DNA of 64,000 nucleotides from Verrucomicrobiales bacterium (GCA_018003315.1 JAGNEJ010000015.1:1576-65575), one strand, 5' to 3'. Shown: positions 44,422-55,145, counted from the first letter of the stretch. Program-made: numbers and translations. The notes: generated from the sequence alone by a model not told the origin.

Positions 44422-46503
44422 TCACCCCGGTGACACCGGGGTGCCGTGGGGTTCATACTGGAGATTGTAAAGAGTTTGATAGAGTTCGCACGTGGCCAGC
44501 AGGTGTTCATGCGGACCCACGGCAACCACGGTGCCCTTGTCCATGACGACGATTTTGTCCGAATTGCGGATGGTGGAGAGGCGGTGTGCGATGGCGAGCA
44601 CGGTCCTGCCGCGGGCCAGTTCCTCCAGGTCCGCCTGGATGAGCCGTTCCGACTCGGTGTCCAGAGCTGAAGTGGCTTCGTCGAGCATGAGAATGGGGGC
44701 ATTGCGCAGAAAGGCGCGGGCAATCGCCAGGCGCTGCTGCTGCCCGCCGGAGAGGTTGCAGCCTTTGTCCCCAATGACCGTTTCGTAGCCGTTGGGCTGC
44801 GCCAGAATGAAATCGTGCGCATGAGCGCGTTTCGCCGCCTCGATGATTTCCTCCTCCGTGGCATCCAGCCGTCCGTAACGGATGTTTTCGTGAATGGTGT
44901 CGTGAAAGAGGAAGACATCCTGACTGACGATGCCGATCTGCTCGCGCAGGGATTTCTGGGTGATGTCGCGGAGGTCGGTGCCGTCGAGCAGAATGCTGCC
45001 GCGGCGCACGTCGTAGAACCGCAGCAGCAGGGAAAACAGGGTGCTTTTTCCAGAGCCACTGGGCCCCACCAGGGCGACCCGCTCACCCGATTCGATGTCG
45101 AGCGTGACGTGCTGCACCGCGGGTTTGTTTTTTTCGTAGTGGAAGCCGACGTCCTGATACTGAATGTGTCCGGCGCTGCGCTGGATTTCCTTGGCATCGG
45201 GACGGTCCTGCACCCGGACCGGACGCTCCATGAATTCAAAGATTTTGGTCGTCGCCGCCAGGCACTTCTGCATTTGGATGGGAATGCGGCTGAGCGTTTT
45301 TGCGGGCGGATAGAGCATCATGAGCGAGGCGTTGAGCATGATGAAATCCGAAGCGCCTCCGCGGCCCTGGTATTTCATCCAGACATACACCAGTGCGGCC
45401 GCCACGCCGAAGGAGGCCACCACCTCGACGAGCTGGCCGACGATCTGCAGGGCCTTCTGCCACCGCATCATGTTTTCCAGCATCTTGTTGTTGGAGCGGT
45501 TGAAGCGGTCGATTTCATATTCCTCGCGTCCGGAGGATTTCACCAGCCGGATGCCCAGAAATGCCTCCTGCATGATCACGTTCATGGCACCAGCCTCCTC
45601 TTCCTCCTGGGCGCCGGCTTTGCGGACTTTTTTGCTGACGATGAGCACCGGCAGAATGCACAGGGGAAACAGCACGAGGGCGCCCAGCGTGAATTTCCAG
45701 TCGGTGACGCCCATGGCGATGACGGCACTGATGATGGCCAGCGGTTCCTTGATGACGTCGCCGGCGATCTGGGTGAGCGCCTGCTGAGCGACGCGTGTCT
45801 GGTTGAAAATCAGCTGCATGAGGTCTGCGGATTTCTGCTTGTTGAAGAATTCCATGGACTGTCCGAGCACCCGTTTGAAGAGGTCGCCGCGAATGTCATC
45901 GAGCATCCGCAGGCTCACCCAGGTCATGCAGTAGGCATTGAGGTAGCCGAAGACCGCCCGGATGATCATGGTGAGCGGAATCAGCAGGCAGGTGCCGATG
46001 ATCAGATTCACCGCCACGCCGTTGTCCTGGGCCGGCTTGCGCTTGGTGAATGATTCCCACCAGCGCCGCAGGAATCCCCGTTCGTCCTTCGGCTTCGACT
46101 CCGTGTTCTCCGCGGCGGGCGGTGCTGCCGCCGCCGCTTCGGGGGTGGAGGACGGTACTGCGACCGTGGAATTTGCGGATGGGGATGCGACCGCAGGCGG
46201 CGGTGTCGCGGCGGCGGTTTCCAGCGCAGGCGGGGCGGTGGCAACCTGCCCGGTGCTGCCGGGAACCGCCGGTGCTTCTGCAGCTGGTGGATGGTTAGGA
46301 AACACCTGGGCGGAAACATGCCGGATGAGCATGGCCAGCCCCCCGTTCAGTGCGCCGTAAAGGGCTCCGAAGAGAATGGCCAGCATGAACCGGCCTTTGT
46401 AGGGTTTCAGGTAGGCCCAGAGTTTTCGATAGGGTTCCTTCGCCGCGCTGAGGATCTCCCGCGTGGACATCCGGGACAGTTCTGTTCGAGAAATTCGTTT
46501 CAT
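44422..46503 (-). CDS. ABC exporter, fused permease/ATPase (MsbA-like) with a long low-complexity loop after TM1
   Basis: C-terminal NBD: Walker A GPSGSGKST, signature LSGGQQQR, Walker B ILMLDEATSALD. Six-TM ABC_membrane region. About 90 aa of Ala/Pro/Thr-rich insert between TM1 and TM2. Confidence 0.85.
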   Translation of the reverse strand: MKRISRTELSRMSTREILSAAKEPYRKLWAYLKPYKGRFMLAILFGALYGALNGGLAMLIRHVSAQVFPNHPPAAEAPAVPGSTGQVATAPPALETAAATPPPAVASPSANSTVAVPSSTPEAAAAAPPAAENTESKPKDERGFLRRWWESFTKRKPAQDNGVAVNLIIGTCLLIPLTMIIRAVFGYLNAYCMTWVSLRMLDDIRGDLFKRVLGQSMEFFNKQKSADLMQLIFNQTRVAQQALTQIAGDVIKEPLAIISAVIAMGVTDWKFTLGALVLFPLCILPVLIVSKKVRKAGAQEEEEAGAMNVIMQEAFLGIRLVKSSGREEYEIDRFNRSNNKMLENMMRWQKALQIVGQLVEVVASFGVAAALVYVWMKYQGRGGASDFIMLNASLMMLYPPAKTLSRIPIQMQKCLAATTKIFEFMERPVRVQDRPDAKEIQRSAGHIQYQDVGFHYEKNKPAVQHVTLDIESGERVALVGPSGSGKSTLFSLLLRFYDVRRGSILLDGTDLRDITQKSLREQIGIVSQDVFLFHDTIHENIRYGRLDATEEEIIEAAKRAHAHDFILAQPNGYETVIGDKGCNLSGGQQQRLAIARAFLRNAPILMLDEATSALDTESERLIQADLEELARGRTVLAIAHRLSTIRNSDKIVVMDKGTVVAVGPHEHLLATCELYQTLYNLQYEPHGTPVSPG

Positions 46504-46554
46504 GAAGAAGGCAGCCGGTCGGTCTGAATGGAAACCGGTTCGGCGGCGGAAGCA

Positions 46555-47568
46555 TTATTCCACCCGGAGGAGAAGAGAATCAATGGCACTGGTCACCCTT
46601 GCCGGCACCAGGCTGGTCATGGGTGCCTGGATCATGTGCGGGGAGAAGTGCTGCACTGAATCATTTTCCGGACACCCTGCAAGCAAAACGCGGGCGTTGC
46701 CGTGCCGGGGTCGCCAGTGGAACGGGTTGGTTGGGCCGAACAGCGCCACCTGCGGACGGGCGAAGGCTGCTGCCAGATGCATGGCGGCGGAATCGACCCC
46801 GAGCACCAGGGCGGCCCGGCTCAGCAGCGCCGCGAGTTCGGGCAGGGAGAGCCGTCCGGCCAGGTTTTCCTGAATTACCGCCCCCTGTTCGATTTCGCGC
46901 AGGTGGGCGGTTTCGGCGGGATCGTTGGACCCGGTCAGGATGACCGGCAGCCCATGCACGTCCCGCATGTGCCGGATCACTTTCTGCCATCCCGCGGCGG
47001 ACCAGTATTTCTCCTCACGAGCAGTACCGGGATGCAGCACAACGGCCGGTTTTGTGAGGATGCGCTCCGCGGCCTGCGGAGGAAGGTGCAGGTGGCCCGC
47101 GTCCGGCACCCGCGGCGGAACCGGACAACCCAGTGCCGTTAGTGCGGATTCGACAAGGAAATGGTGCCGGTCGATGGTATGCAGATCCCTGACGGATGCA
47201 GAACACCGGTGGTTCAAGGCGCGCCGGCGCAGCCAGTTTTTGGCATCCTTTTCAAACCCGCAGCGGAGGGACGCCCGGCTGGCGAGGGCCAGCAGGGCGG
47301 TGCGGTCGGTGCCGGAGAAATCAAGGGAAACGTCGAACCGCCTGCCCAAAATTCTGGTTAGGGCATTGCCGCGACCTGGCACCGGACGGTGGAGCGAGAC
47401 CGTGTCCACCATGCCAAAAGCCGGAGCCAGTTGGGCCGCAGCCCCTGAAAGGACCAGGTGCAGCCGCGCTTCCGGCAGCGCTGCCCGCAGGGAGGCCAGC
47501 GCCGGTGCGGTCAGAATGGCGTCGCCGATGCGCTTGAGCTGCAGGATGAGGATGCGCAGCGCACTCAT
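46555..47568 (-). CDS. glycosyltransferase family 9 (LPS heptosyltransferase-like)
   Basis: N-terminal [19 protein letters not shown] and C-terminal [15 protein letters not shown] are GT9 hallmarks. Overlaps the pyrC stop by 4 nt. Confidence 0.8.
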   Translation of the reverse strand: MSALRILILQLKRIGDAILTAPALASLRAALPEARLHLVLSGAAAQLAPAFGMVDTVSLHRPVPGRGNALTRILGRRFDVSLDFSGTDRTALLALASRASLRCGFEKDAKNWLRRRALNHRCSASVRDLHTIDRHHFLVESALTALGCPVPPRVPDAGHLHLPPQAAERILTKPAVVLHPGTAREEKYWSAAGWQKVIRHMRDVHGLPVILTGSNDPAETAHLREIEQGAVIQENLAGRLSLPELAALLSRAALVLGVDSAAMHLAAAFARPQVALFGPTNPFHWRPRHGNARVLLAGCPENDSVQHFSPHMIQAPMTSLVPARVTSAIDSLLLRVE

Positions 47569-48701
47569 GGCGGGCAGCAGTCGGCCACCCGCCAGCCGAG
47601 CGTCCGGCCCGCTTCATAGGGGACGACCACCGGCAGGCCGTTTTCCCCGCCCAGGCGCTCCGGCACCGTCCAGGACTCGCGGCGCAAAGTCACCAGTCTG
47701 CTGGGAACATGCAGGTTGTGAATGCGCCGGGCATTGTCGGACAGAAAAGCCTGCAGACGGTCCAGTGCCCCGTGCGCCTCAAACAATTCCACCAGCCGTG
47801 GCAGGAGCACGGGCGCCGAATACACCCCCGCTGCGCATCCGCAGCATTCCTTGGACTCCCGCGGGTGGGGTGCGGAATCGGACCCGAACATCAACTTTGG
47901 ATGCGCCTGCAATGCGGCCTCCAGCAGCGCATCGCGGTCCTCCGGGCGCTTTGGGATGGGCTTGCAGAAAAGATGCGGATTGAGCAGGCCTCCCGCCACA
48001 TCGTCCAGCGTGGTGAGCAGGTGGTGCAGGGTGACCGTGGCGGTCAGGTTTTCATGCCGGTCCAGGAGGTTCACCGCTGCACGGGTGGTGATGTGCTCCA
48101 TGGTGATCCGCAATTTTGGATAGGCGGTGGCGAGGTGTTCGTAAACGGCGAGGAACTCCTGCTCGCGGTCCATGACAAAGCCGTGCGTCTCCCCGTGCAC
48201 CAGCAGCGGGATGTCCATCTCCTGCATCAGGCGGAAGGTGGCATCCGCATCCGTCAGGGAGTGGATGCCAGACTCGCTGTTGGTAGTCACGCCGTGCGGG
48301 TAAAGCTTGATCGCGAAGATGGATCCGTAAGCCGCGGCGAGTTCCGCCTCGCTGTAGTTGCGAAAAAACAGTGTCATCAACGGGCGAAACGGAAACTCCC
48401 CGCAGGCATCCTGGATGCGTCGGCGGTAGTCCAGCACCATTTCCAGCGCTGTCACCGGCGGCACCAGATTCGGCATGATTACAGCGGCGCACAGACAGCA
48501 GGCGCTGTGCGGGGCCACCAGGCGCAGCATGTCCCCATCCCGCAGGTGCAGGTGCATGTCCAGCGGACGGTCCAGGGTGATGGCATCAGGAGCTTTCAAC
48601 GAATGGTCCGCCGAGCAGCGGAAATGTTTGCCTGCTCCATCCACCTTCAAAGCTCGTTTTGCGAGGGGAAATTCCAGCGGCCCCGACACCGCATCCGGCA
48701 T
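47565..48701 (-). CDS. pyrC: dihydroorotase (homodimeric/class II type)
   Basis: [40 protein letters not shown] and FGSDSAPH align by eye with E. coli PyrC. There is a roughly 40-aa N-terminal extension if the first ATG is used. Confidence 0.88.
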   Translation of the reverse strand: MPDAVSGPLEFPLAKRALKVDGAGKHFRCSADHSLKAPDAITLDRPLDMHLHLRDGDMLRLVAPHSACCLCAAVIMPNLVPPVTALEMVLDYRRRIQDACGEFPFRPLMTLFFRNYSEAELAAAYGSIFAIKLYPHGVTTNSESGIHSLTDADATFRLMQEMDIPLLVHGETHGFVMDREQEFLAVYEHLATAYPKLRITMEHITTRAAVNLLDRHENLTATVTLHHLLTTLDDVAGGLLNPHLFCKPIPKRPEDRDALLEAALQAHPKLMFGSDSAPHPRESKECCGCAAGVYSAPVLLPRLVELFEAHGALDRLQAFLSDNARRIHNLHVPSRLVTLRRESWTVPERLGGENGLPVVVPYEAGRTLGWRVADCCPP

Positions 48702-48739
48702 TTCAATCCCGTGCGGATCATCCAGGGTCTGCTGCCGGA

Positions 48740-49648
48740 TTATTTGTCGGTTTTTTCCACCGGGGAAATGATCGCCAGCAGTCCGGCGGCGGTCTTTTGC
48801 AGTTTGATGACCTCCTCCTTGGAGAACGGTTTGCCTTCCGGCAGATTCACAATCCGCTCGATCTCCGAGAGGCCGGTTTTGAGAGCCTGAATGTGGGGCA
48901 GCCGCTGCACTCGTTCGTTGAGGCTGTCGAGCACGTAGAGGAAATATTCGGTGAGGTCATGGCGGGCGAGCACCTTGGCCTTGTCCGCGGAAAACGGTTC
49001 CAGGCTGGCGGCGCTGCCGATTTCCAATCCGCGCAGCCAGCCGCCCAGACTGATGAGGTGGACCATGTCGATGTCCCGCAGCAGCACCATTTCGTGCTTC
49101 ACCTCGCGCTGGGTTCCGGAAAGGTCCTGCTTGAGCTGTTTCCAGTCGGAAAGCGCGCTGTTTTCCAGAATGCTCTTGGTGCGTTCCGCCACCTTGGCTC
49201 CCGCGCCCAGCACCTTGCCGTGCTTGAGAATGGCCCGGCCGATGTCCTCGATGTCGGAGATTTTTTCCGACTGCACGGAGAGGAATCCATCGCCAATAAG
49301 CACGCCCAGATTCAGCGCCACCAGAGTGCGGTCGCTGGAGGTGGTTTTTGGAATGGTGCGTTTCAGCGAATCGTAGGGCAGGTTGCCCAGGGATTCCAGG
49401 TCTTCGAAGATTTTTTTGATCGACGGCGTGGTGTAATCGCTCACGCCGAATTCCTCCTGCACATGCTCGTCATCGAGCAAATCCTCCGGCACGCCGCCAT
49501 TGGCTGGACGCTCATTTCCCTTGCCGGGAGCTGGCGGTTTCCCGGACGTTTTGGATTTCTCCGGCGCGTCATCCTGAGCGGGGCAGGAAACGATGGAGCC
49601 GGCGGAAAGCAAAGCGCACAGGAAAAAAGTGAAGGCGTTCAGTGGCAT
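48740..49648 (-). CDS. hypothetical lipoprotein/exported protein
   Basis: ORF 48740..49945 trimmed to [22 protein letters not shown] (lipobox-like). The body is helical-looking. No family recognised. Confidence 0.6.
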   Translation of the reverse strand: MPLNAFTFFLCALLSAGSIVSCPAQDDAPEKSKTSGKPPAPGKGNERPANGGVPEDLLDDEHVQEEFGVSDYTTPSIKKIFEDLESLGNLPYDSLKRTIPKTTSSDRTLVALNLGVLIGDGFLSVQSEKISDIEDIGRAILKHGKVLGAGAKVAERTKSILENSALSDWKQLKQDLSGTQREVKHEMVLLRDIDMVHLISLGGWLRGLEIGSAASLEPFSADKAKVLARHDLTEYFLYVLDSLNERVQRLPHIQALKTGLSEIERIVNLPEGKPFSKEEVIKLQKTAAGLLAIISPVEKTDK

Positions 49649-49802
49649 GGCGGACAGGTGGTGCGGGGCACTATGATGCGGAGCGAACAGATTTCGAGTG
49701 GAATATGGCCCCGCGCTCAAGGAATGCCTGCCGGCTTTGGACGGAGCCGGCCGGCAACCGCCGACTGCTTGCAATTTTCCGGTGCGGGCTTCACCATGAG
49801 CC

Positions 49803-51389
49803 ATGCGTTTGCGCTTCGTGTCCGTCCTGCTTGCTGTTCTGATTGCCGGTCTGCTTTCGGCATCCCTGGCCACGGCTGCGCATGTCGCACCGTCATGGAC
49901 CGCGGAACAAAACGGGGGCGAGGCGCAATACGCTCCCTTTCCCAAACCCGTTGGCGCCTACGGCGACAGCGGATTGTCCACTGGGGAGCGGATCAAAAAC
50001 CGCACCCAGGCGGAACCCTTCAATGTGGTGGCCACCGTCATTTTCGCCTGTGCGGTGCTGCACACTTTTTTTGCCGGGCGCATTCTGGTTCTGGCGCATC
50101 GAGTGGAAAAGAAGCACCTGGAAAAAATCCGGCAGCGCGGCCGCACCGCTGCCGACAAAAACTTCCACGGAGCGAAGGACGATGTTTCCTTTGCCGCGAC
50201 GGTGCTGGAATTTCTCGGCGAGGTGGAAACCGTTTTTGCCTTGTGGGCGCTGCCGCTGCTGGGTGCGGCGGTCTGTTATTTCGGCTGGGACCACGCGCGA
50301 TCGTTCGTGGCGCTGGATTCCAATTTCACCGAACCGATGTTTGTGGTGATCATCATGGCGATCGCCGCTTCGCGTCCGGTAGTGCAGTTTGCGGAGAAGT
50401 GCCTGAGTGTGCTGGCGGGCTGGGGCAAGGGCACGCCGGCCGCCTGGTGGCTGACCGTGCTGATCGTGGCTCCGCTGCTGGGCTCGCTCATCACCGAACC
50501 GGCGGCCATGACCATTTCCGCCCTGCTGCTGGGTCGGAAATTTTACGAACTGCGCCCGTCGTCGACCTTCAAATACGCCACGCTGGGCCTGTTGTTTGTG
50601 AATGTCAGCGTGGGCGGAGTCCTGACAAATTTCGCCGCTCCGCCCGTTCTCATGGTGGCCGGGCCTGAGCGGTGGAACTGGAGTTCCCTGCACATGCTGG
50701 AGCATTTCGGCTGGAAATCGGTCTCCGCCATCCTGCTGAGTTCCGGACTGTATTTTCTTGTCTTCCGCAGGCACTTTCCCCAGCTTGCTCAAACGGTTGT
50801 GGCGGAATCGGACAGCCGGACGCGGCTCGACTGGGTGGACCGCCACGACCCGGTGCCGCCCGTGGTCACCATCGTCCACCTGGCCGCTCTGGCGTGGACG
50901 GTGCTCACCTCGCATTACCCCCCGTTGTTCGTCGGCGGGTTTCTTTTCTTTCTCGCCTTCGTCCGGGCCACCGGCCACCACCAGAACGAAATCCAACTGC
51001 GCGGCCCGCTCATGGTCGGGCTGTTTCTTTCCGGCCTGGTCCTGCACGGACGGATGCAGGGGTGGTGGCTGGAGCCGCTGCTTTCCAGCAATCCCAGCGA
51101 CTGGGCGCTGCACGGCGGGGCCGCCATCCTCACCGGGTTCAATGACAATGCCCTCATCACCTTCCTGGCGTCGCAGGTGCCCCACCTCGACCCGGCGGCG
51201 AAATTTGCCATCATGTCCGGAGCGGTGGCGGGCGGGGGCCTGACGGTCATCGCCAATGCCCCCAACCCCGCGGGACAAAACCTGCTCAAGCGCTACTTTC
51301 CGGAGGGCGTTTCCCCGCTGGGTTTGCTGCTGGCGGCGCTGGTTCCCACGCTCATCACCGTCGCTTGTTTCATGCTCACGCCGCGTTAG
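49803..51389 (+). CDS. polytopic membrane protein (possibly putative Na+/H+ antiporter, DUF1504-like family)
   Basis: 528 aa with ten or more hydrophobic helices. The family suggestion is a low-confidence recollection only. Confidence 0.6.
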   Translation: MRLRFVSVLLAVLIAGLLSASLATAAHVAPSWTAEQNGGEAQYAPFPKPVGAYGDSGLSTGERIKNRTQAEPFNVVATVIFACAVLHTFFAGRILVLAHRVEKKHLEKIRQRGRTAADKNFHGAKDDVSFAATVLEFLGEVETVFALWALPLLGAAVCYFGWDHARSFVALDSNFTEPMFVVIIMAIAASRPVVQFAEKCLSVLAGWGKGTPAAWWLTVLIVAPLLGSLITEPAAMTISALLLGRKFYELRPSSTFKYATLGLLFVNVSVGGVLTNFAAPPVLMVAGPERWNWSSLHMLEHFGWKSVSAILLSSGLYFLVFRRHFPQLAQTVVAESDSRTRLDWVDRHDPVPPVVTIVHLAALAWTVLTSHYPPLFVGGFLFFLAFVRATGHHQNEIQLRGPLMVGLFLSGLVLHGRMQGWWLEPLLSSNPSDWALHGGAAILTGFNDNALITFLASQVPHLDPAAKFAIMSGAVAGGGLTVIANAPNPAGQNLLKRYFPEGVSPLGLLLAALVPTLITVACFMLTPR

Positions 51390-51404
51390 GAAAACCACCT
51401 GCCC

Positions 51405-52139
51405 ATGGCCTTCGCCTTTTTTGACCTTGACCAGACCCTTGTCCCCTGGGACACGCAGGCGCTGTTCTGCCGCCATGTGCTGCGCCGTGAAGGCTGGCGG
51501 CGCGCCTACCTGCCGGTCTTTGCCCCGGTGGTTCCCCTGGCCGCAGTGAAGCTGGTGCGCTCCCGCGGACTCAAGCGCGTTTTCCTCAGCTACCTCTGGC
51601 GCATGCCGTTAGAGCGACTCGCCCGGCATGTGGAGGAATTTGTCAGCGAGGCCGTACTGCCCATCGTCTATCCGGAAGTCCGCGCGGAACTGGAACGCCA
51701 CCGCAGCGAAGGGCGCATCACCATTCTCAACACTGCCAGCCCTGACATCTACGCGGAAAACATCGCGGCTGCACTCGGGTTTGACCACTGTTTCGCCACC
51801 CGGGTTCCCCTGCCGGCATCCGGCCGGGTGCCCTTCTGCCCGCGCATCGCCGGTCCGAACAACAAGCGCGAGGCCAAACTTTCCGCGATGCGCCACCTGC
51901 TGCCGCCCGGCGCCACAGATCCGGGTGCGCCGCCGCTGGCGGATTCGTTTGCCTATTCCGACAGCCATGCGGACCTGCCCATGCTGCGCCTCGCGGAGCA
52001 TCCGGTCATGGTGCATCCTGACAAAACACTGGCCGCGATCGGCCGCCCCAGCGGCTGGCGGGAACTGCATCCGCCGCGTCCGTTTGCCGGCAGGTGGGGA
52101 TACCGCCTCGGCTGTCTGCGGCAGGCGGTCGGCGTTTGA
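51405..52139 (+). CDS. HAD-IB family hydrolase (phosphoserine-phosphatase-like)
   Basis: Motif I FFDLDQTLV, motif II-like ILNTASPD, motif III/IV ...KLSAM... AYSDSHADLPML. Confidence 0.8.
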   Translation: MAFAFFDLDQTLVPWDTQALFCRHVLRREGWRRAYLPVFAPVVPLAAVKLVRSRGLKRVFLSYLWRMPLERLARHVEEFVSEAVLPIVYPEVRAELERHRSEGRITILNTASPDIYAENIAAALGFDHCFATRVPLPASGRVPFCPRIAGPNNKREAKLSAMRHLLPPGATDPGAPPLADSFAYSDSHADLPMLRLAEHPVMVHPDKTLAAIGRPSGWRELHPPRPFAGRWGYRLGCLRQAVGV

Positions 52140-52143
52140 ACGG

Positions 52144-53571
52144 TTATGGCTGGGGTTTCCGTGCGCCACGAAACACCAGCACCCCGCTCAGCGCGGTCAC
52201 GGCACGTTCCAACTGACGATCGCCCAGTTTGGCCAACTGGGCGGGATCCGCACTGCCCAGGGTGTGGCTGCGCCGCCATTCGGCAATGCGCAGTTCCTCC
52301 TCCGGCGTCACCGTGGCCACGATGTTTGGAACAACGCCTTTTTCGTGAATCGTCTTGTGGCTCGGCGTGAAGTATCGGGCGGTAGTTAGGCGAATCGCGG
52401 CCCCGTTGTCGCCCGGCAGGATCGTCTGCACGCTGCCTTTGCCGAAACTGGTTTCGCCGACCACGATGGCCCGCTTGAGGTCCTGCAGTGCCCCGGCGGT
52501 GAGTTCGCTGCCGCTGGCGCTGCTGTGGTTCATGAGGATGGCCAGCGGATATTCGCGGATGGGGCGCTTGCGGTCCTTGGTCTTGTGGGGCGGCGGGCGG
52601 TGGTCCGCACTGCGGCCTTCAGTGGTGACCACCAGGGTGTCCGGCGGTAGAAACTCCCCGCAAACTTCGACCGCACTGCTCAGCAGCCCGCCAGGGTTGT
52701 TCCGCAGGTCCAGCACCAGCGCCTGCATTCCCTGCTCCTCCAGCTTGTCCAGCGCCTCGGAAAGCTCCCGTCCGGTGGGCTGGTTGAATTGCAGGATGCG
52801 CACATACCCGATCTTCGCCTCGCCGGACATGGACTTGTCGAGGATCATCGCATCCCGCACGCTGTCCTGACGCATGATTTCCCTGACCATTTCCAATTCC
52901 CTGGTCTCCTTGGTACTCGGACGGAACACCGTCAGCTTGAGTTTTTGTCCGGGCTTGCCCTTCAGCAGTCTGGTCGCCTCCACAAATCCCATCTTGTCCG
53001 CCAAAATGTCCCCGATCTTGACCAGCACATCGCCCGGCAGCATTCCAGCGCGAGCAGCCGGGCCGTCCTCCCGCACGGACACGATGACCAACTGGTCGCT
53101 TTTCGGACTGATGGTGATGCCGACTCCCTCGTAGGTGTTTTCCTGCGTCTGCTTCAACTGTTCAAAAACCTGCGGCGTCAGGTACTGGCAGTGCGGGTCC
53201 AGGTCCTGCAGCATGCCGCGCAGAGCGCTCGCAATGAGCCGGTCGTAGCCGACCTTGCTTTCATCGACGTAATTCTGCCGGATGATCTCCATGGCTTTGG
53301 TTAGGGTTTCAATGGCACGGAAACCTTCCTCCACGTCCTTCACCGCCTCCGCTTCCGCGTTCTCCGCCGGCTTTTCGGTTGGTTTTTCCCCGGCCTTAGG
53401 CTGCTCCACCGGCTTTTCCACCGGGACGCCCGGCGGCGCCGGCTGCGTTGCGGGTGTCGGCGGTGTTGATTGCTGCGCCGGGGAAGATGCCAGCGAAAGC
53501 ACCGTCAGAAAAATGCCCGGCAGCCGGAAGTGGGAAGGGCGGAGTCGTTGCATGAGCGTCTTTACGGTCAT
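52144..53571 (-). CDS. carboxy-terminal processing peptidase (S41 family) with PDZ domain
   Basis: Real start MTVKTLMQRL lies within the 981-aa ORF. PDZ segment GVGITISPKSDQLVIVSVREDGPAARAGMLPGDVLVKIGD. S41 core LVLDLRNNPGG, MNHSSASGSE and FGKGSVQ. Confidence 0.9.
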   Translation of the reverse strand: MTVKTLMQRLRPSHFRLPGIFLTVLSLASSPAQQSTPPTPATQPAPPGVPVEKPVEQPKAGEKPTEKPAENAEAEAVKDVEEGFRAIETLTKAMEIIRQNYVDESKVGYDRLIASALRGMLQDLDPHCQYLTPQVFEQLKQTQENTYEGVGITISPKSDQLVIVSVREDGPAARAGMLPGDVLVKIGDILADKMGFVEATRLLKGKPGQKLKLTVFRPSTKETRELEMVREIMRQDSVRDAMILDKSMSGEAKIGYVRILQFNQPTGRELSEALDKLEEQGMQALVLDLRNNPGGLLSSAVEVCGEFLPPDTLVVTTEGRSADHRPPPHKTKDRKRPIREYPLAILMNHSSASGSELTAGALQDLKRAIVVGETSFGKGSVQTILPGDNGAAIRLTTARYFTPSHKTIHEKGVVPNIVATVTPEEELRIAEWRRSHTLGSADPAQLAKLGDRQLERAVTALSGVLVFRGARKPQP

Positions 53572-53649
53572 CCGTTGTGCGGTGCAAGTTCCGCCGCCCA
53601 GAGTGAAATCCCGGGTTGCCGGAGACTGGTTCAGGCCGCAATTTCGCGA

Positions 53650-54912
53650 ATGAAGCTGACTCGGAAGTCCTTCCTGGCGGCGCTGGGTGCCGCGCTGGCC
53701 GGGACAGCACTGACCAAGGGCACTCGTCCGCCGCATCTGCTGCTGCGCTGCGGATGGCAAACGGTGAACATCGGCGACATTGCCCACACGCCGGGAATGC
53801 TGCGCCTGCTGCAGAGGCATCTGCCAGACGCTGCCGTCACCCTCTGGCCCAGCCGGGTGGACAACGGCGTTGCCGAAATGCTGCTCAAGGCATTTCCCAA
53901 ATTGAAAATCGTTGGCGGAACCACTGGAGACGATGGACTTCCCGACACTCCGGAGCTGGCCAAGGCGTGGAAGGAATGCGATTTCCTGCTCCATGGCTCC
54001 GGCCCTAGCGTGGTGGCGCACCGCCATCTTGCCGCCTGGCGCCGCCACACCGGCAAACCGTTCGGCATTTTCGGCGTGACCATGGATCACCTCGACGACG
54101 CGCTGCGCGACCTGTTGAATGCCGCACGGTTCGTTTACCTGCGAGACGGCGTTTCCCGCGCCGTTGTCGAACGTTCCGGAGTCACGGAGCCCGTGGTGGA
54201 ATTCGCCCCGGATGCCGCCTTTGCCTTCGATCTCCGAAACGAATCCGCAGCGGAGGCGTGGCTGAAAACGCACCGGCTGGAGCCGGGAAAATTCGTCTGC
54301 GCCATTCCGCGGCTGCGCTACACGCCGTATTTCAAAATCCACCGCCGCGCCCCCAAAGGCCTGGATTTGGAACGGGATGCGGTGAGCGAAAAGTTCAAGG
54401 AACCGGACCACGCCAAACTGCGGGAGGCGCTGGTGGATTTTGCCCGGCGGACCGGTGTACGCCTGGTGGCCTGCCCGGAAATGACGCATGAATTGCAGCT
54501 GGCTAGGGAGCAGATCATCGACCCGCTGCCCGACGATGTCAGGAAATCCGCGGTCTGGCGCGAGGCCTGGTGGCTGCCGGACGAAGCCGCTTCCGTCTAT
54601 GCCCGGGCGCTGGCGGTGGTGAGCATGGAAATGCATTCGCCCATCCTGGCGGTGGCAGCGGGCACCCCTGCGCTGCACCTGCGACAGCCAACGGACACTA
54701 GCAAAGCTCAGATGTGGCGCGACATCGGCCTCAAGGACTGGATTTTTGAAATCGAGACCGCCAAGCCAAAGGACATCGCAGATTGCTTGGGTGAAATTCA
54801 TGACAATCCCGCCGCAGCCAAAACGCACGCGGCCGGGGCGATGGATTTTGTCCGGCGCCGCCACGCGGAAACGCTCGCCGCCGTTGGTCGGAAAACGGGC
54901 GGTGCCGGGTGA
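53650..54912 (+). CDS. polysaccharide pyruvyl transferase-family protein with Tat/Sec-like N-terminal signal
   Basis: In-frame ATG MKLTRKSFLAALGAALAGTALTKG. NIGDIAHTPG near the N-terminus, plus VVSMEMHSPILAVAAGTPALHL...K...W...GL, which resembles the PS_pyruv_trans C-terminal motif. Confidence 0.5.
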   Translation: MKLTRKSFLAALGAALAGTALTKGTRPPHLLLRCGWQTVNIGDIAHTPGMLRLLQRHLPDAAVTLWPSRVDNGVAEMLLKAFPKLKIVGGTTGDDGLPDTPELAKAWKECDFLLHGSGPSVVAHRHLAAWRRHTGKPFGIFGVTMDHLDDALRDLLNAARFVYLRDGVSRAVVERSGVTEPVVEFAPDAAFAFDLRNESAAEAWLKTHRLEPGKFVCAIPRLRYTPYFKIHRRAPKGLDLERDAVSEKFKEPDHAKLREALVDFARRTGVRLVACPEMTHELQLAREQIIDPLPDDVRKSAVWREAWWLPDEAASVYARALAVVSMEMHSPILAVAAGTPALHLRQPTDTSKAQMWRDIGLKDWIFEIETAKPKDIADCLGEIHDNPAAAKTHAAGAMDFVRRRHAETLAAVGRKTGGAG

Positions 54913-55092
54913 GCCCGGTTTCTCGCCGCAATCCGACGTTTGAAACGCCATGCCGCCGTGGGCACTCCCAACCGGCGAAACCAGATCTGCCCACGGCTCA
55001 GACACCCTGAAACCCGGTGCGCCATCCCACGGCGGCCTGATTTCGGGGCTCGACCTCAGCGCATGGTCCGTCTCTGGTGGGGATCGCACCCG

Positions 55093-55120
55093 CTAGAGCA
55101 TAACGACGGCCGCCGTCTAG
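55093..55120. terminator. GC-rich hairpin between convergent genes (possible bidirectional terminator)
   Basis: CTAGAgcataacGACGGccgCCGTCTAG, with a perfect GACGG/CCGTC core. There is no U-tract, so it is only suggestive. Confidence 0.25.
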
Positions 55121-55145
55121 CTGAGCGGATGTCAGCGGCTCCCCA

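Noticed and set aside
48659-51476. 669-aa plus-strand ORF (48659..50668) and 527-aa minus-strand ORF (49893..51476)
   Set aside because: Both are antisense to better-supported genes: the lipoprotein 48740..49648 with its signal peptide, and the polytopic membrane protein 49803..51389 with regular hydrophobic helices. Both have junk-like composition.
53572-55089. N-terminal 506 codons of the 981-aa ORF 52144..55089
   Set aside because: The S41 peptidase homology, with its own signal-like N-terminus, begins only at MTVKTLMQRL (53571). The upstream part is antisense to the pyruvyl-transferase-like gene and looks non-coding.
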